A stretch of DNA of 64,000 bases, taken from NCBI RefSeq assembly GCF_000150275.1, contig NW_002060950.1, forward strand, positions 1,786,106 to 1,850,105. The letters run 5' to 3'. Source of the DNA: Trichoplax adhaerens. Taxonomy: Eukaryota > Animalia > Placozoa. A program made the position numbers and the translations under genes. Of the stretch, positions 27,793 through 41,400 are shown piece by piece (position 1 is the stretch's first letter; every line of letters starts with the position of its first letter). The notes beneath the pieces are model-generated. The model was given only the letters and a program-made list of their open reading frames with translations. It was not told where the DNA came from and did no database searches.

Positions 27793-30700
27793 GCGTACTG
27801 ATTCCGTTCTTGTTCTATCGTATCTATTTGAGTTAGGACATGATATTGCATCTAGAGTATTCGAACGTAAGGCAATCGCTATTCGTTACGAAGAACTTGA
27901 TCCAAGCGGCCACTCGTTATCGTCGTTCCTTTTTAGATAACAATGTATAGTACTGTACATACTGTACAGTACAGTACATACAGTACAATACGATCAATTC
28001 TATTTTATTCTATTCTACTGTGTACATTACATCGGTGATAATGATAAAGACGGTCAAAAAAAAAATTGAACTTTCAAGTATCTCAAAATATTACGTTCTT
28101 TTCCGACCTGTGTCGAATACAGTACATGAAAAAACATCACAAGACGGAATTCAAGATTAATCATAAGTTCCAATCCATTATGCTATTTACAGTATCTTGA
28201 ATAGGATTGAATACTGTATAGTGAATTCAAGTTAACATTTCTGTACGTCATTTGTAGCGCAATTGGAACTTTCTCTCCTCTCCGACTTGGTGCTAAGTTG
28301 TAACACCAACCTCAACAGGGTCATTTCCTTAGCAAAATGCTGTTTTCATCATTGTCGTTAAACTGAAATAACCTAACAATTTTAATGAATATAATCAAGA
28401 TTGCAGATAGCAGATCAGATTACGCTTGGATCATTTGCTATAAATAAAATATCTATTTATTTGATTACAAGAGCGGGCGTTAACAATGCATACCATGCCA
28501 AGAGCTATTGTTACCTCAATTGTCTAGTCCAGGCTATTGTTTTGCAATAGTATTGACATAAGTTATCAATAGATGGTGTTTTTTTTGTATGTTAAAAAGG
28601 AAAAGTCATCAACGGATTGTAAATGTACACAACATTTTAGCATATTCTTTACATTAAATTTCGCTTAAGTAAATTGGCTTTTGGGTGGACCGTGCCTTTA
28701 ACCTTTTCTCAATTTACTCCCTTTCAAGCTTGGTTACCTACCTCAAAAAATGTTTCTACATGCGATAGTAAGGAATGAACAATGGGGTGTGTAAAAATTG
28801 AAAGTAGATCAATCTGCCACTATTTTGTCTTGTATTAGCTAGCGTGCAATATCACAGGCATTTTATTGAGTCATTCCTGGCTAAGCTATATAATAAATCA
28901 GTTTTCATTCCTCGTCATAATAAATACAGTTTATCATAGCATGATGTAATTGAAAGTCTATCATACGTCCATCCATCATTTTAGTAGTTCTTGCATCCAC
29001 GCTGTAACTTGATGATTGAAATAAAAATGCCATCCCTCTCACTGTACCAATATAGTTTTGACGGAATGATGCATTTTTTATCATCCAAGTAAAACCAACT
29101 CCATGGAAAATTGTACATCAGTTTATCTTACTGTACTGTATACTACGACTCGTTATGGTGTATAACATGCTGTACGGTTGTTGATCGTCAAGGAAAATCG
29201 GCTTTAATTTTTGTTCTTTCAATGGTCTCCAAAACGAAATTTCTTAACAAACACCACATTCCCTCCCGTCATTCATTCACTAAGGATATTACAGCAATTT
29301 ACAGTACATTGCAATAGTAGCTTCCCTCTCGGCAAATAATTGCTGTAATTAATTAATTATTAAATAACATTTATTAATAAACTTAAGAACAGAACGAAAT
29401 TATACGGCGAATTCACACAGTCATCAGAAAGCAAGGCAAATATTTTATGCAGCATGCAATACCACACCAACAATCGTATACTGTCATACTGATGGAAAGC
29501 AACGCTTTCTACAGAATTTACTTTGCGCCCGAGATGGGGACTAATGTGTTCAATTACTCGTATATTAGTGTGTTGTTCTGAATGCTATTATAGACTAATT
29601 TAAACTGGATCATCCAATTTAACTTATAACGTAGAAAAGTCTAATAGAAACGCTCGAAAAGTGAAGTTTAAACATCGTAAATTCTAGAGAAGACCTTTTC
29701 CTACAGTAATTCGTAGTAAGTGACGTGTAAAAACCGAATGGCAATGATTACACATCGGTAGCTTTGTAAATGATCACAATGTACTCTTCCACTTGGTACA
29801 AGTACAGCGTATATAGATACATTGCTGATTTTACCGCTTTGGTTTTAGAAATAAAAAGCAGAGCCTCCATTGCCTTAACAGATGTAGTCTATTTCAATTC
29901 CTTTATCAAGCCAAACTATCTCTATCTATTTTCGCAAGATGCGGTATTACCATCAATAACGTTAGCACCTTTTTGCTTTATTTTTGACAAACTACATTTT
30001 TCCCCTTATTTAATTAGAATAATTATAGCTGCAATAGTAACATCCTGATCAATACACGACTTGAAGCATACTGATACTAAAAGAAAACGTATGGCAAATA
30101 TTGTAGCGAGCTATTGTTTTGGCTTCCACCCGATATGCCATCGATAAAGTTCAATATAGACTACACTTTTTAATGGAAAGGTTGTGGATTACTATTAATA
30201 CATGACTACAATTAGTAGCTGGGCAGAAATTTAGCTGTACTATATTCCACCTAGCGGACTTGTTGACTGATTTTCTCTTGAATGCTAGCTATACGGGATT
30301 CGTTTGACTGAGATTGATAGACTTAAATGTTAATTTAAGGGCTGGATTATAGCGTGCACAGTACGCAATTCACAATCGTGCTCATTTTTATCGGTCAGCT
30401 TATTCGTTATACAAAACTGTTACATAGTCATACAGTACATTACAGGATAGTAAATAAGCAATGAAATAATAACTTACCATAACTACAAGAAGTAATGAAT
30501 AACTGCGCTAAAAGTAAAAATACTGGTTGAGGATAGTTAATCGCCTTCATAAAGGTGGATAAAACAGACTGATGGGCCTCTTTAAGGGCGTCATAGTTCT
30601 GGAAGGACTAGGGTTGCAGACTGAAAGATTCCCATAATATGATTACTTTCTACTGTCAATTTATGTATTTTAGTACAGGCTTTCATAAATAAAAAATCAC

Positions 30701-31355
30701 AGAGACCAGCGGCATTATGTATCAGAACTAGGCCGTTAAAGATGCAGAATGTGGATTGCCCCTTTTCCACTGCCTTTTATTGTCATCTTCATTCGGCATT
30801 GTCAATTTTACCCCTGATTCTCGGTTTTAAAATGATATTATCTCTCGGAGTGTGTTACACATATGTTATTTTCAGTAGCTAAAAACAGATATCAAACCAG
30901 TTGTTTACAAGTATCTAAATACACAAACGTGAAATTGTTATGGTTGAAGAACGTAGAGTAAAACTGAAATTTTACCAGTGAGAGACATGACGATTTGACG
31001 TATGAAGCAATATGATTGAGCCATCACGATCAAGAGTAGAAATATCTGTGCAATGTCATGGCATAAATTTACCCTAGTGTATTCTTTTTACTAACAAGAA
31101 GTACTTACTAAACTGTAAATAGGGTAAAATATATACAGTAGGTCAAAATAGAAACAAATAAGGTCATGGTACTTTTAGTAGTCTATTTGCATAACTTCAC
31201 GGAAGTCCACTAAAGTATTACGGTATACAAAAGTAAATACTCGTATATAGCGCAGTTAGTACCGTGACTACCACCGTAAAATGGATAAATAAATTAATAA
31301 GGATTATCAAGGTTTACCTCCGTTTATGTAATTTTACAAACCAATTTTAAGCAAG

Positions 31356-32950
31356 ATGAACCAAAAAGACAACAACGGTGATCATGATATTGTATTGGAC
31401 AACTTGTTACTAGTTGCCACAGTAATTCTAATGTATGTATCAGGCCTCTTGTTGCTGCTAGTTATTTATCGAATAACATCTGTAGGTTACACAAAAATGG
31501 ATTAGCCACGGATGACAAAAGTGCAACCAACCCCTACTAACTGCAAAGTATCTTAATTGTAATTTGAGTAGTGTAGCAGCTTTATTTGTTCTTGGTTATT
31601 GTTGACTGGCCATATGTACTGCAGTTAGTGAAATCTAGTTTTACGTATGGCATCGACTTCCCTAGTTGATAAATAGAAAAAGTTGATGATTGTCGTGATA
31701 GATGCAATAATACTGTGCTGGATGTACTTGTAGTTTGATAATTTAATCGAGTCAAATCTTACTGTTGATGATAAGAATTGTTGTATTTTGTTATTTGATC
31801 AAGGGAAAAGTCGCAATACTCGTATACTGTGATACATGAAATTTAACCACAGCAGATGATTAATTCTCCGCTAATTTCATGTGTTACACTAATAAAGTAC
31901 TATAGGTTGTTCCAAGAAATGCAAATTTGTATAATTACTCTATTGATATCATCCCCTTATCTTTGATTTCTTCAACTAAACCAATTTTTCCTCTAATGTG
32001 CAGAGTAGAGCAACATAGACAAGGCGACTGCAATGTGCTGCATTTCTAAATGAGTAATTTATTAGTGGCAAGGCCGCAAAGGTAACTAAATATCTTATTT
32101 TAGTGATTGAGAGAGTGGTTTTGTCATCGACTGTACTGAACCAGTACAGGCGTAGTAGTGAATACAAATGTTTAATTTTCTACCACGACTCACTATAAAT
32201 AAAGCAAATACAGTCCTTACTACACCCTATTTTAGAGTAAATAGAAGCATGATTAAAATAAAATGAATGAATTTTAAAATTACCGATCAAGTCAATATCA
32301 TAAACGGATTTACTATTCTAACTTGCTGCATAGTAAATAGTGATCTAGAGGTGACTAGCAATAACTACAAGTGCACCGAGCTAAGACCAGCTTCACGGCA
32401 GGGAATCATATTTCAAGACTAAGTATAAGAATAAGTCCTGCAGTTATGTAAGCAGATGCGTACAAATAAGCATCTTGAAGGCAGTTTTTATCATCTATCA
32501 TCGTGTATAGCTCCTAAGTTGCCTAGTACAGTACAGTTTGAATTAACCTACAGTGTCTGTGCATTGCCCTATTCTACTCCGTTTTCAATAAAATGACCAA
32601 ACTACACGCTACTATTTCATCCTATTATGTACACTTGGTATTTTTAACCGTCATTTGTGCCTTATAAAGTCAGTCCATCGATAGCGGCAAATTTCAAATT
32701 GTATATTAATGAAGGAATAGTCATCTCTACCCAGGGGAAAATTCTTTCCGATACGTCTTAAATAACCTTTGATATCAACTGTTCATGCCTAGTCCAAGCA
32801 GTATACAAAAAGCTACATAACGATCGTGTTGAAACAGATCGTATAAACAACATTTCTCTTGACGGTAGAGAAGATAGAAAGGCTGAAAACCCTTCATTTT
32901 CTATCGATCACCATGTAGTTGGATCTAAAGCATACAATACCGTGTTTTGA
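31356..32950 (+). CDS. Candidate small single-pass membrane protein (49 aa unspliced, or 95 aa from two exons)
   Basis: ORF 31356-31505 reads MNQKDNNGDHDIVLDNLLLVATVILMYVSGLLLLLVIYRITSVGYTKMD. A phase-1 donor after 31485 joins in frame to the acceptor at 32793 and runs to TGA at 32950. No homologue recognised. Confidence 0.35.
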
Positions 32951-34807
32951 TGAATTGAAACTAGAAGGTAAAATATGCATTTATTCACGCTAGATGAGAT
33001 GTTGAATATGACTCATTAATTACTGCATAATTAACCCCTATCTCTTCGTAGTCTTGTCTAGGTGGTAAAAGTTAGCAAAGGAAGATAATTGTTGCAATGA
33101 TGTCAATTAGTACTGCAATTGATGTTTAAGGGTATACGTTTGGTTTTTTTAGCATGAACTACCATTGAAGAGAATAGCAAAAGCTTAGCAATTAGTCGAG
33201 TAGGAAGATGCTTGGACTTGCTTACTCATCACAATTACATTACACACAAACAATGTCCAGTGTTGCCATAATGTGAGGAGCCAATCAAAAAGCAGTGCAA
33301 ATTATATTACTCCTCACGTACTGTGCAGTAGTTATTTCAAAGTAGTAAGAGTGTTGCTTTGGCCTTTGAACAAGGATAATAATATCTCATTTTGCTAGTG
33401 CAACGTTGATATTAACGCATTTCAAGTTGATGTGTGATCGAGTTGTGTACGTTAGTCGATGGTCAATAATTAATAAGAATGTTCATTGACGATCGAATGA
33501 GCCAAGTCCATGTACATGAAATGTGAAACTGTTATTCTTCAACGTCATGGCATGAGTAATGAGCCATGCAATTGACGAAAGCGTACTAGTAGTATCCATC
33601 GGAAATGAATGTGTACTTAGTTTATCAGCAATGAATTTAATTATTTTGCCGTAATCTTGTATTATGTTATGAATGCAATTGTAGCTATGTTCTACTGTTA
33701 TTTTACTACAGAAATGCGTACTCTCATCCGTGTCTATTTGGAACTACCGTAGTTGTATTGAATTTGAACTGTCTTTCTGTCTCCAAATCGACTCACACGG
33801 TTCCAACTGATTGATCAACATGGAGAAATTTTTTAATCAAAGAGCGTTGATAATGATGAAAAGAAGGGATACGATTTTAAATTGATTTTCCCCGAGGAGA
33901 AAAGTAACAACTGATGAATTGAATCCATGGTGAACTGTCGTATTGGATTGACGAATGAATTATTATACGATTTTAGTCATTGCATTGTGGGCAGAATCGA
34001 TATCCAGTGGATTCTGCTAAGCCAAATAAGTCCATTAGGTAAACGAAAGCACAAGGATTTGAATAAACCGCTGCACTATGTTGTACCGGGGTAGGAAAGG
34101 GCCTAAGCCTGTCGATTAGGACGAGTTGAAAGCATCGAGTTGAGAAAAAAGCTGTTTTTTTCTCAACTGTATGGTTGCAACACATTATGGACTAGAGCAG
34201 GTTATGCCGGCATGAATCATGTGCAAAAAGTACAGCGGTCTCTAGTCATCCATCTCTCTTTCTGTATGTGTCAACGGTCAATCGATCAAGCGATGTTGAT
34301 TCTTATGATTCTTTTGATTCAAAGTCATTACTTGAAAGACCTTGAAACAAACCATGCTAACCTACAAGTTGATCCATGTTTGTTGGGCCAAAAATGAAGA
34401 GATACATTGTAATCAAGCACATCGATTGGATTGAAAAAAATTCAAGGTGATTGAATACGATATCAATGGATGCAATACGTGATAGAATAGGGCTAAATTG
34501 AAGACAGTCGATAGAATAAGATGCAAGAGAATTGAATGGATGTTAAGAAATAGAAAAAGGAATTTATCAATGGATGCCATCAGCACTTGCATAATCATGG
34601 CTGATGGATTCATTTACCTCCATGGAAAGTAGTGAAAGTCACGCTACGTCGTCTTTCAAGGATAATCCAATTTCCTATTGAGTTAATAGTAAATTGACCA
34701 CAACAATAGGCTAAAGGGATAAATTTCTCTTTGCAAATGGACAACTTCTTCTTTCACCCAGCAAGAACGGGTCTACAAATGGGAGAAAAGCTTAGCCAAA
34801 GGACAGA

Positions 34808-34855
34808 GATGGAAGTAATTCACTGAAGATGGAAGTAATTCACTGAAAATGGAAG
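34808..34855. repeat. Short 20-bp tandem duplication (gatggaagtaattcactgaa, about 2.4 copies)
   Basis: Read directly from the sequence. Confidence 0.85.
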
Positions 34856-35066
34856 CAAATCCTGTCAAAGAAGAACCAGTTGGTTGACATTAGTGAGCAT
34901 CGCCAAATTCTTATCAGTTTCCTAACAATGCAAGTGGCGCGTGATTGACTCAACACGATCACATGGTCGACTGTGGGTCGATTGCAGTACCACCTTCTAA
35001 ATATGTTGCGTGTCACTTTGGACGACAGTCGACCCGACGCGTTAACAGTCAGTGAGGGGGCCGTCC

Positions 35067-35402
35067 AAATGGGTCAGCTCACTTTCAGGTTGACTGTGAC
35101 TCTGTGAGAGTGTCAACCTGAAAATGGGTCAGTTCACTTTCAGGTTGACTGTGAGAGAGTCAACCTGAAAATGAGTCAGCTCACTTTCAGGTTGACTGTG
35201 AAGAGAGTCAACCTGAAAATGGGTCAGCTCACTTTCAGGTTGACTGCGAGAGAGTCAACGTAAAAATGGGTCAGTTCACTTGCAGGTTGACTGTGAGAGA
35301 GTCAACGTGAAAATGGATCAGCTCACATTCAGGTTGACTGTGAGGGAGTCAATGTGAAAATGGATCAGCTCACTTTCAGGTTGACTGTGAGAGAGTCAAC
35401 CA
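35067..35402. repeat. Array of 7 units of ~47 bp, each containing an inverted repeat
   Basis: Consensus aatgggtcagctcac-tttcaggttgact-gtgagag-agtcaacctgaa. The arms form a stem of up to 13 bp around a 7-nt loop. Confidence 0.95.
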
Positions 35403-38400
35403 AGTTGAGGCAAGTGGCTTCAACAAGGGAAATGGGGGCAGGAAAGATTTTCAACGCTTATGCAAATAATTCATGGCGGAAAAGATTTCAATCCATCCAG
35501 TATCAATGGATCCAAGATTGGAAGAAATCCAGCGCTTCGTCATTTCTCTCCAATCTTGTGATTCGATGGATCATTTCTTGGCCGTCCATTTAAAACAGAA
35601 GCAAGAACAATATAGGAGCGACAGGTCAAGCATGGATTGATCTGCTTACCCCTTGATTAGAACTCATCGTATCGACTTGATTGTCCAATAGCTCATGGTG
35701 GAAAAGAATCCAATCGATCTACTACCAATGGACCCAAGATGGAGAGAAATGGGGCGTTCAATCATTCTCCCTAATCTTGTGACTGGGTGATTGAATTCTT
35801 GACCTCCCCAATTCCAAACATAACATCAGCTAGAGGACAACGATTGACCGATCATGTCAATTCCATTCATCAACAGTGGCATCCATTCAGTCTTGTGTAA
35901 AGCAAGGGGGATTAAATCAATCTTGATCATGATCAATAGCTTTCTTTCTAGCCACGGCTTAAAATGAAATGAATCGATACAGGAGAAGGTACATTTACAA
36001 TCAATCTATTCTACATCCAAATTCATCCTTCACAATAGGATAGCAAGCAGACGGAAAGGGGCTTATCATTGACCCCTTGCATTGCTCCTGTTTGCATTTC
36101 ATTTCTAGGCGTTGAACTGAAACATGATTTCAATCAGATATGACGGCCATTGAATACATTATTCATAAAATTCAATCGACTATTTTACTTTCTAATCTCA
36201 AAATCCATTCCCACTCAATGGCTATCAAAGAAAATGATGATGACATCATAATGAAGTGAAAATAGGTTCAATTTCTCTTCCGAAAGAAATCAACGCGTAT
36301 AGGATTGATTGATTATCCATCGGCAAATCAATCACCAAAACCCAATCACTAATGACAGTAAATCTTAACTTCATCACGACTATAGAAAGGTGTCCTAGAT
36401 ATTCCGGTCCAACTGGAAATTTTCATCCATTCGCTAAATGGAGTACATTTCATGATGGTCATATGATGGAAATAGTCAATACTGTCCAATCCGTGGGTGA
36501 TTGACCTTATTATTCTACAATCGGCTACCTTTACCTTGAAACTGCTAACATTGACTTTACTTGCACATTGATTGCGTAGAATGAAACGATTTCCAACATG
36601 AACTAAGGTATCGAAAGCAGTGGACTTATGGATATCAGGCAGACACTATACCGAAAAATCAACCTTAGATAAAGTAGTACCAATTCAAAGTTTATTTTGA
36701 TGATATCTTGTACATACAATAGCAAATTATGATTGGAACTTAGAAGGTTATAGAATTTTCATATCCAATTGCGATGACAGCCAATAAAATGAAAAAGAAT
36801 ATCATTTTTATCATTGACAATAATGGAAATTCCCCTAATCATGATTCTAATGACGATCTCTACCTATCTTCCATTCTTCCTTATTAAACAACTCAAATTA
36901 TTAGGTAGATACGAATACGATCATTTTGAAATATTGAAAAAGGATGTTGAACACGCTTTACATTACTTGTCCTCGGCCGTAGCCTTCTAGTGCTCACATT
37001 ACTAACTTATTTTACACTGAACCTCCGAAAGAGGACAATTTTAATCGACATAAAATGTCTCACTTTAAAGAATATCGAAAGAAATATTGAAGATGATACT
37101 CTGGTACACTCTCTATTGCTTCTCCTAAATCAATGACAACCTACGGTATTCTACACTTTAATCTGGAAAGAGGAAAGTTCAAAAAGATCTCAATAATAGT
37201 TTGCTAGAATATTGAAGGCATGAACGCGCATTTTTGATCGCTTATCCAAGACTATAGTCATCCAGCATTCCAGTCAATAGCTTATCCTACGTTTAATGTT
37301 TAATGAGAATTCCCCATCATGACGATACTACAACAACTTGAGCACTTTCTACCGATAATAAGAATTACTGTAGTCATCCTTATCGAAAATTGATTAATTC
37401 AATGTCCACATTTTGTATGTGACTTTCATGAAAAAAAGGGAAGGTGTCATCACCATCTTCCAAAAACGGAAAGTAACATAATTAATGTACATATATATAT
37501 ACTATACAGCACGTGTTAAAGAAGCTGTAATCACTAAGTTGACATATTGTACTTTTCCTTGTCTTGCTGCATTCTTTCTCTTTACTTAATGATAATAATG
37601 AATTGATTACTTAGTTGGGGCAGTCATCAATAATGATGTTTGCCCACATCGACATACGTTCACATTATCCATATTGCATCCAGTCGTAGCTTTGAACGAG
37701 GTATCACAGCCGTCTTTCGACTTTCTCACCTTGTGAAATGTAAAACGAAGGGAAAATTCCATCATAGTTGTCACATTCAAAATTGAAGGGAGAAGATTGA
37801 ATTTTTCTTCCCTAATTATGAATAGAGAATAGACAAAGATCATATAATAGAAGAATTATAATCACTTATTAAGGCTCTATTCTGTAATTTTAGTCAGCAT
37901 TAGACTAAACGGTCCCTTTTCCCCCGATATAAGCCGTAAATCTAGTCGTTTTCCTCCTTTAAATATTTCTACATTGTTTGTTTCCCTCAAATTATGTCAT
38001 TTTGGGGGGATTTTATAGCTCGACCTTGACTTACAACATCAACGGAATCGAAAACAATCTTTACCATTGACGACGGGAAAAAATTTCAGCAGCGTCTAGA
38101 TCTTTCGACACATTACTGCATTGCATTTTCTAGCTTGATTGACAACTTTACATAGAGCACAAATTCCAAGTTCAGTTTATTGAAAGAAGTGGAGATAAAG
38201 TAAAAGTACCCTTCAAAATCTTTCATACTTTGTTACTCCAGTATTGACCATAGGGATGGAAGAATTAGTTGCGTAACAACTTGAATAAACGATAGAAAAT
38301 GGTGTCAGTATTCAGATTGATATCCATTTTACTCAGTTGTAATCATAATGATCGAGCTAGTTAAACTGTTAATTTACTAATCACTGTACACCACAGTGAG

Positions 38401-41400
38401 CTATCTTAGCAAGAGATAGGCTACCATTTATGAAGACTGCATTATAACTTATTATGTAGATTATATTCTAATAAATCATCGTCCTTCGAATTGAATGAAA
38501 AGTCTTTCTATCTACAGTGCTAATTGACTTATTGCTCGAGTTATTCCATTTCGTTTGCAATGATTACAATAGGCTTTTATTAAAGAGAGGAAGAGGCGAG
38601 TATTTTATCAACTAGGAAGAAGAATACTGTCAATGATTCTTGTCTTTAAAATAGAATAACTAGCCTAGGTAAGATTCAATACAGGAGCTAAACTATTACT
38701 AGATGGAAATCATGGATATTAGATCAATTGAGAAATAGGAGGAGGGTAGGAAAAGAGAATTTTGAATCGTTTCCGTAGTCATTAGTTAGTCGGTCTTTAC
38801 TTTTCATCCATCGCTTACTTTAGCATCAAAATGGACTATCCACGGAACTCAAATTGAGTGATTCATTTGAAAATTTGGGGGTCAATCCATTTCCATCCTA
38901 CTGTCTCTTGAGAAGAAAAATCACTTTGTTAATCATGTTCTAGTCAAAAATTTAATATTGTTGATGAAAAGAAGTAACATTAAGAATAGAAAATGTAACA
39001 TTATTACTTTTGATTTGTGTTGCCTCTTGAGTTATATGTCATCAAATATTAACAAAGCTTTAAGATAGATACGTAGAGAAAGTTATGCGTCAAAAATTAT
39101 TTGTTTTTCCAATCATGGAAGATGGCGACATTATTGCCTTCGGTACCGAGTGATTTGAACAATCTAAACTTTCATTTCCTCAAATGCTACAAGGTGAGAA
39201 TAATACGAGATAAAGTAATTACTGAGATGCAATGGAATAATATTAAATAATAATTATTTTGTACTACTGTTATCCCATCAATACATAATATCGATGAAGA
39301 AAAATGACGCGAGAAATATTTTATTGATTCAATCTCAATATTGTTGTTGCTATAAAAATTTTATGGCGTAAAGTAGATGATATAAAATTATCCAAGTATT
39401 ATACTTGTCGTTAATTTAATTTTATCTCTTTCCCTCTTTGCCTCTGTATGCTTCGAATATTTTCTTTGCTGATGAACTATCAGCTACGTTTATTTCCTAT
39501 CGATGATGACAAATAGTTTGGATGATTTGTATCTACAGAATTTTTGACCATCTCTGCTCGTTAACTTAATTTAGCAACCATTGCCTACTTCGTATAACTC
39601 GTATGAGTGGTCTGGGGTCTCGATCACGGACAACTTCAATTATTTTAATGGTCAACATGAAGAAAATGATTGAGCCCAGCTGAAATAGAAATCCAGTCTA
39701 CGGACTCGATGGATTGAGTTCGTATTCTATCCGACGGTCCAAAAGGATAGGAAAAATAGTTTACAAATTTACACTTTGTTACCGAAAGAATGCCTAATCA
39801 AAGCATGATTGTTTTTTTATCCCTTCGATAGCATACTACTGTATAGAGACTACCACAATCCTTGACGATTAAGCTATCCCGATCGCTATTTCTCTATTCA
39901 ATAAACACTGTAATCGATGAAAATAGTCAATCAAGAGAAAATCAAGTGGATAGTCTTTCTCTCCCCACCCCCCAAAGTTGTTCCGTCCTTTTTAATTCAA
40001 GGATTAAACCAATAGATAAACTGATTACTACCATGTTTTATGACGTTATGAAATCCATCAATCATGGCCATACTAGCGAATGATGATGAAAATGATCGGA
40101 ATCAATACGTGCCTAAGAATAAAAATGGATGATGATGAAGTAAAGACTAGCAGGGGGTAATGACGTGACTAGTCTGCATGTTATAGTAAGACAGGTGTTG
40201 TGTCTTTTGAATAAGCCTATTTATCTATCTATAATTAGATGTTTAGGAATTGATTATCTTGTATGATTAACACACGGCTATTGAAAACGCCAATTAATCG
40301 ACAACAAAAGGATGATGGCTGACCTCGCGGGAAAGTAAACAAAAGACAAATTATTCCGATCAAACAAGAAAGTAAGCTAAGCTCTCAATTTTCATCATCA
40401 AGATGATGCTTGATGATGGAGGATATTTTCCTTATGATTTTGCTCATGGATAAGTTGCTATTTCCTCTTTTCCAATGAAAAGAGAATACAATTCAATGGA
40501 TGATATTTTCAACCGTAACGCATTTAGATCATCATCATCAGGTTGAGAGAGAGGGGGATTACTTTGTAGAATAGATTGGAGTTTTTCTAAAATAACTTTT
40601 TCTTGGGCGTGGGATACTATCTGTGCTCAATTTTAGCGGCAACTTATTTTGGATCATTATGACGCTATTTTCAAGAAAGAGAATGGCTTGAAATTGATTT
40701 CGTTTCGGTGGGGCACGATCAATCGCTAATTTCATCATCGAGTTGCATGATATTACCTTGACTTGTTGAATGTTGCTATGCTGACTGGCCGTGGACTCTC
40801 TTATTGCCATACGTCATATTAAAGTAAATAAAACAAATAATGGCAACGGGAGACGAGAGAAACGCGTTAAGTAATTATATACAGATATGACGATGCGGCA
40901 TCGCTTACCGGTTATACTATTAATCGTCGATAGAATAGTGTCATCATTATAATAAGCCTGCTGCTTATTGTTATCCCTACTATTATTATTATTATTACTT
41001 CTTTTGACCTTATTATCTTCTCTACAACAACGTATTTTAATTTATTATTCTTTTTATTTTTATCCTAGTATAGCAAGTCGTGCCATGGATAACTCTTGTA
41101 GTAATGGAGATTCCTTCCTAATAATCTTCATTAACACTTGAGAAAGAAGCAATCATTACTGGATTAATTTCAATCTGTATTGAATTAAATGGATTCTTTT
41201 TGTGATGTGTATGAATTTTATTATCACCAAAGAGTAGAATACAGTTTAATAAACGATGATTATTAGTGCCCTTCCTTAACGCTTGGAAAAGTTAATCATC
41301 GCCGGATGCATTTCGATTTATTGCAACTTTTACTGTAGTAATAGATAAAGGCATTACTCAGTAACTGTTCTAGTTGACCAATTAGAATGGAATCATTATT

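Noticed and set aside
35067-35402. CRISPR array
   Set aside because: The context is eukaryotic, there are no unique spacers and no cas genes. It is a tandem repeat.
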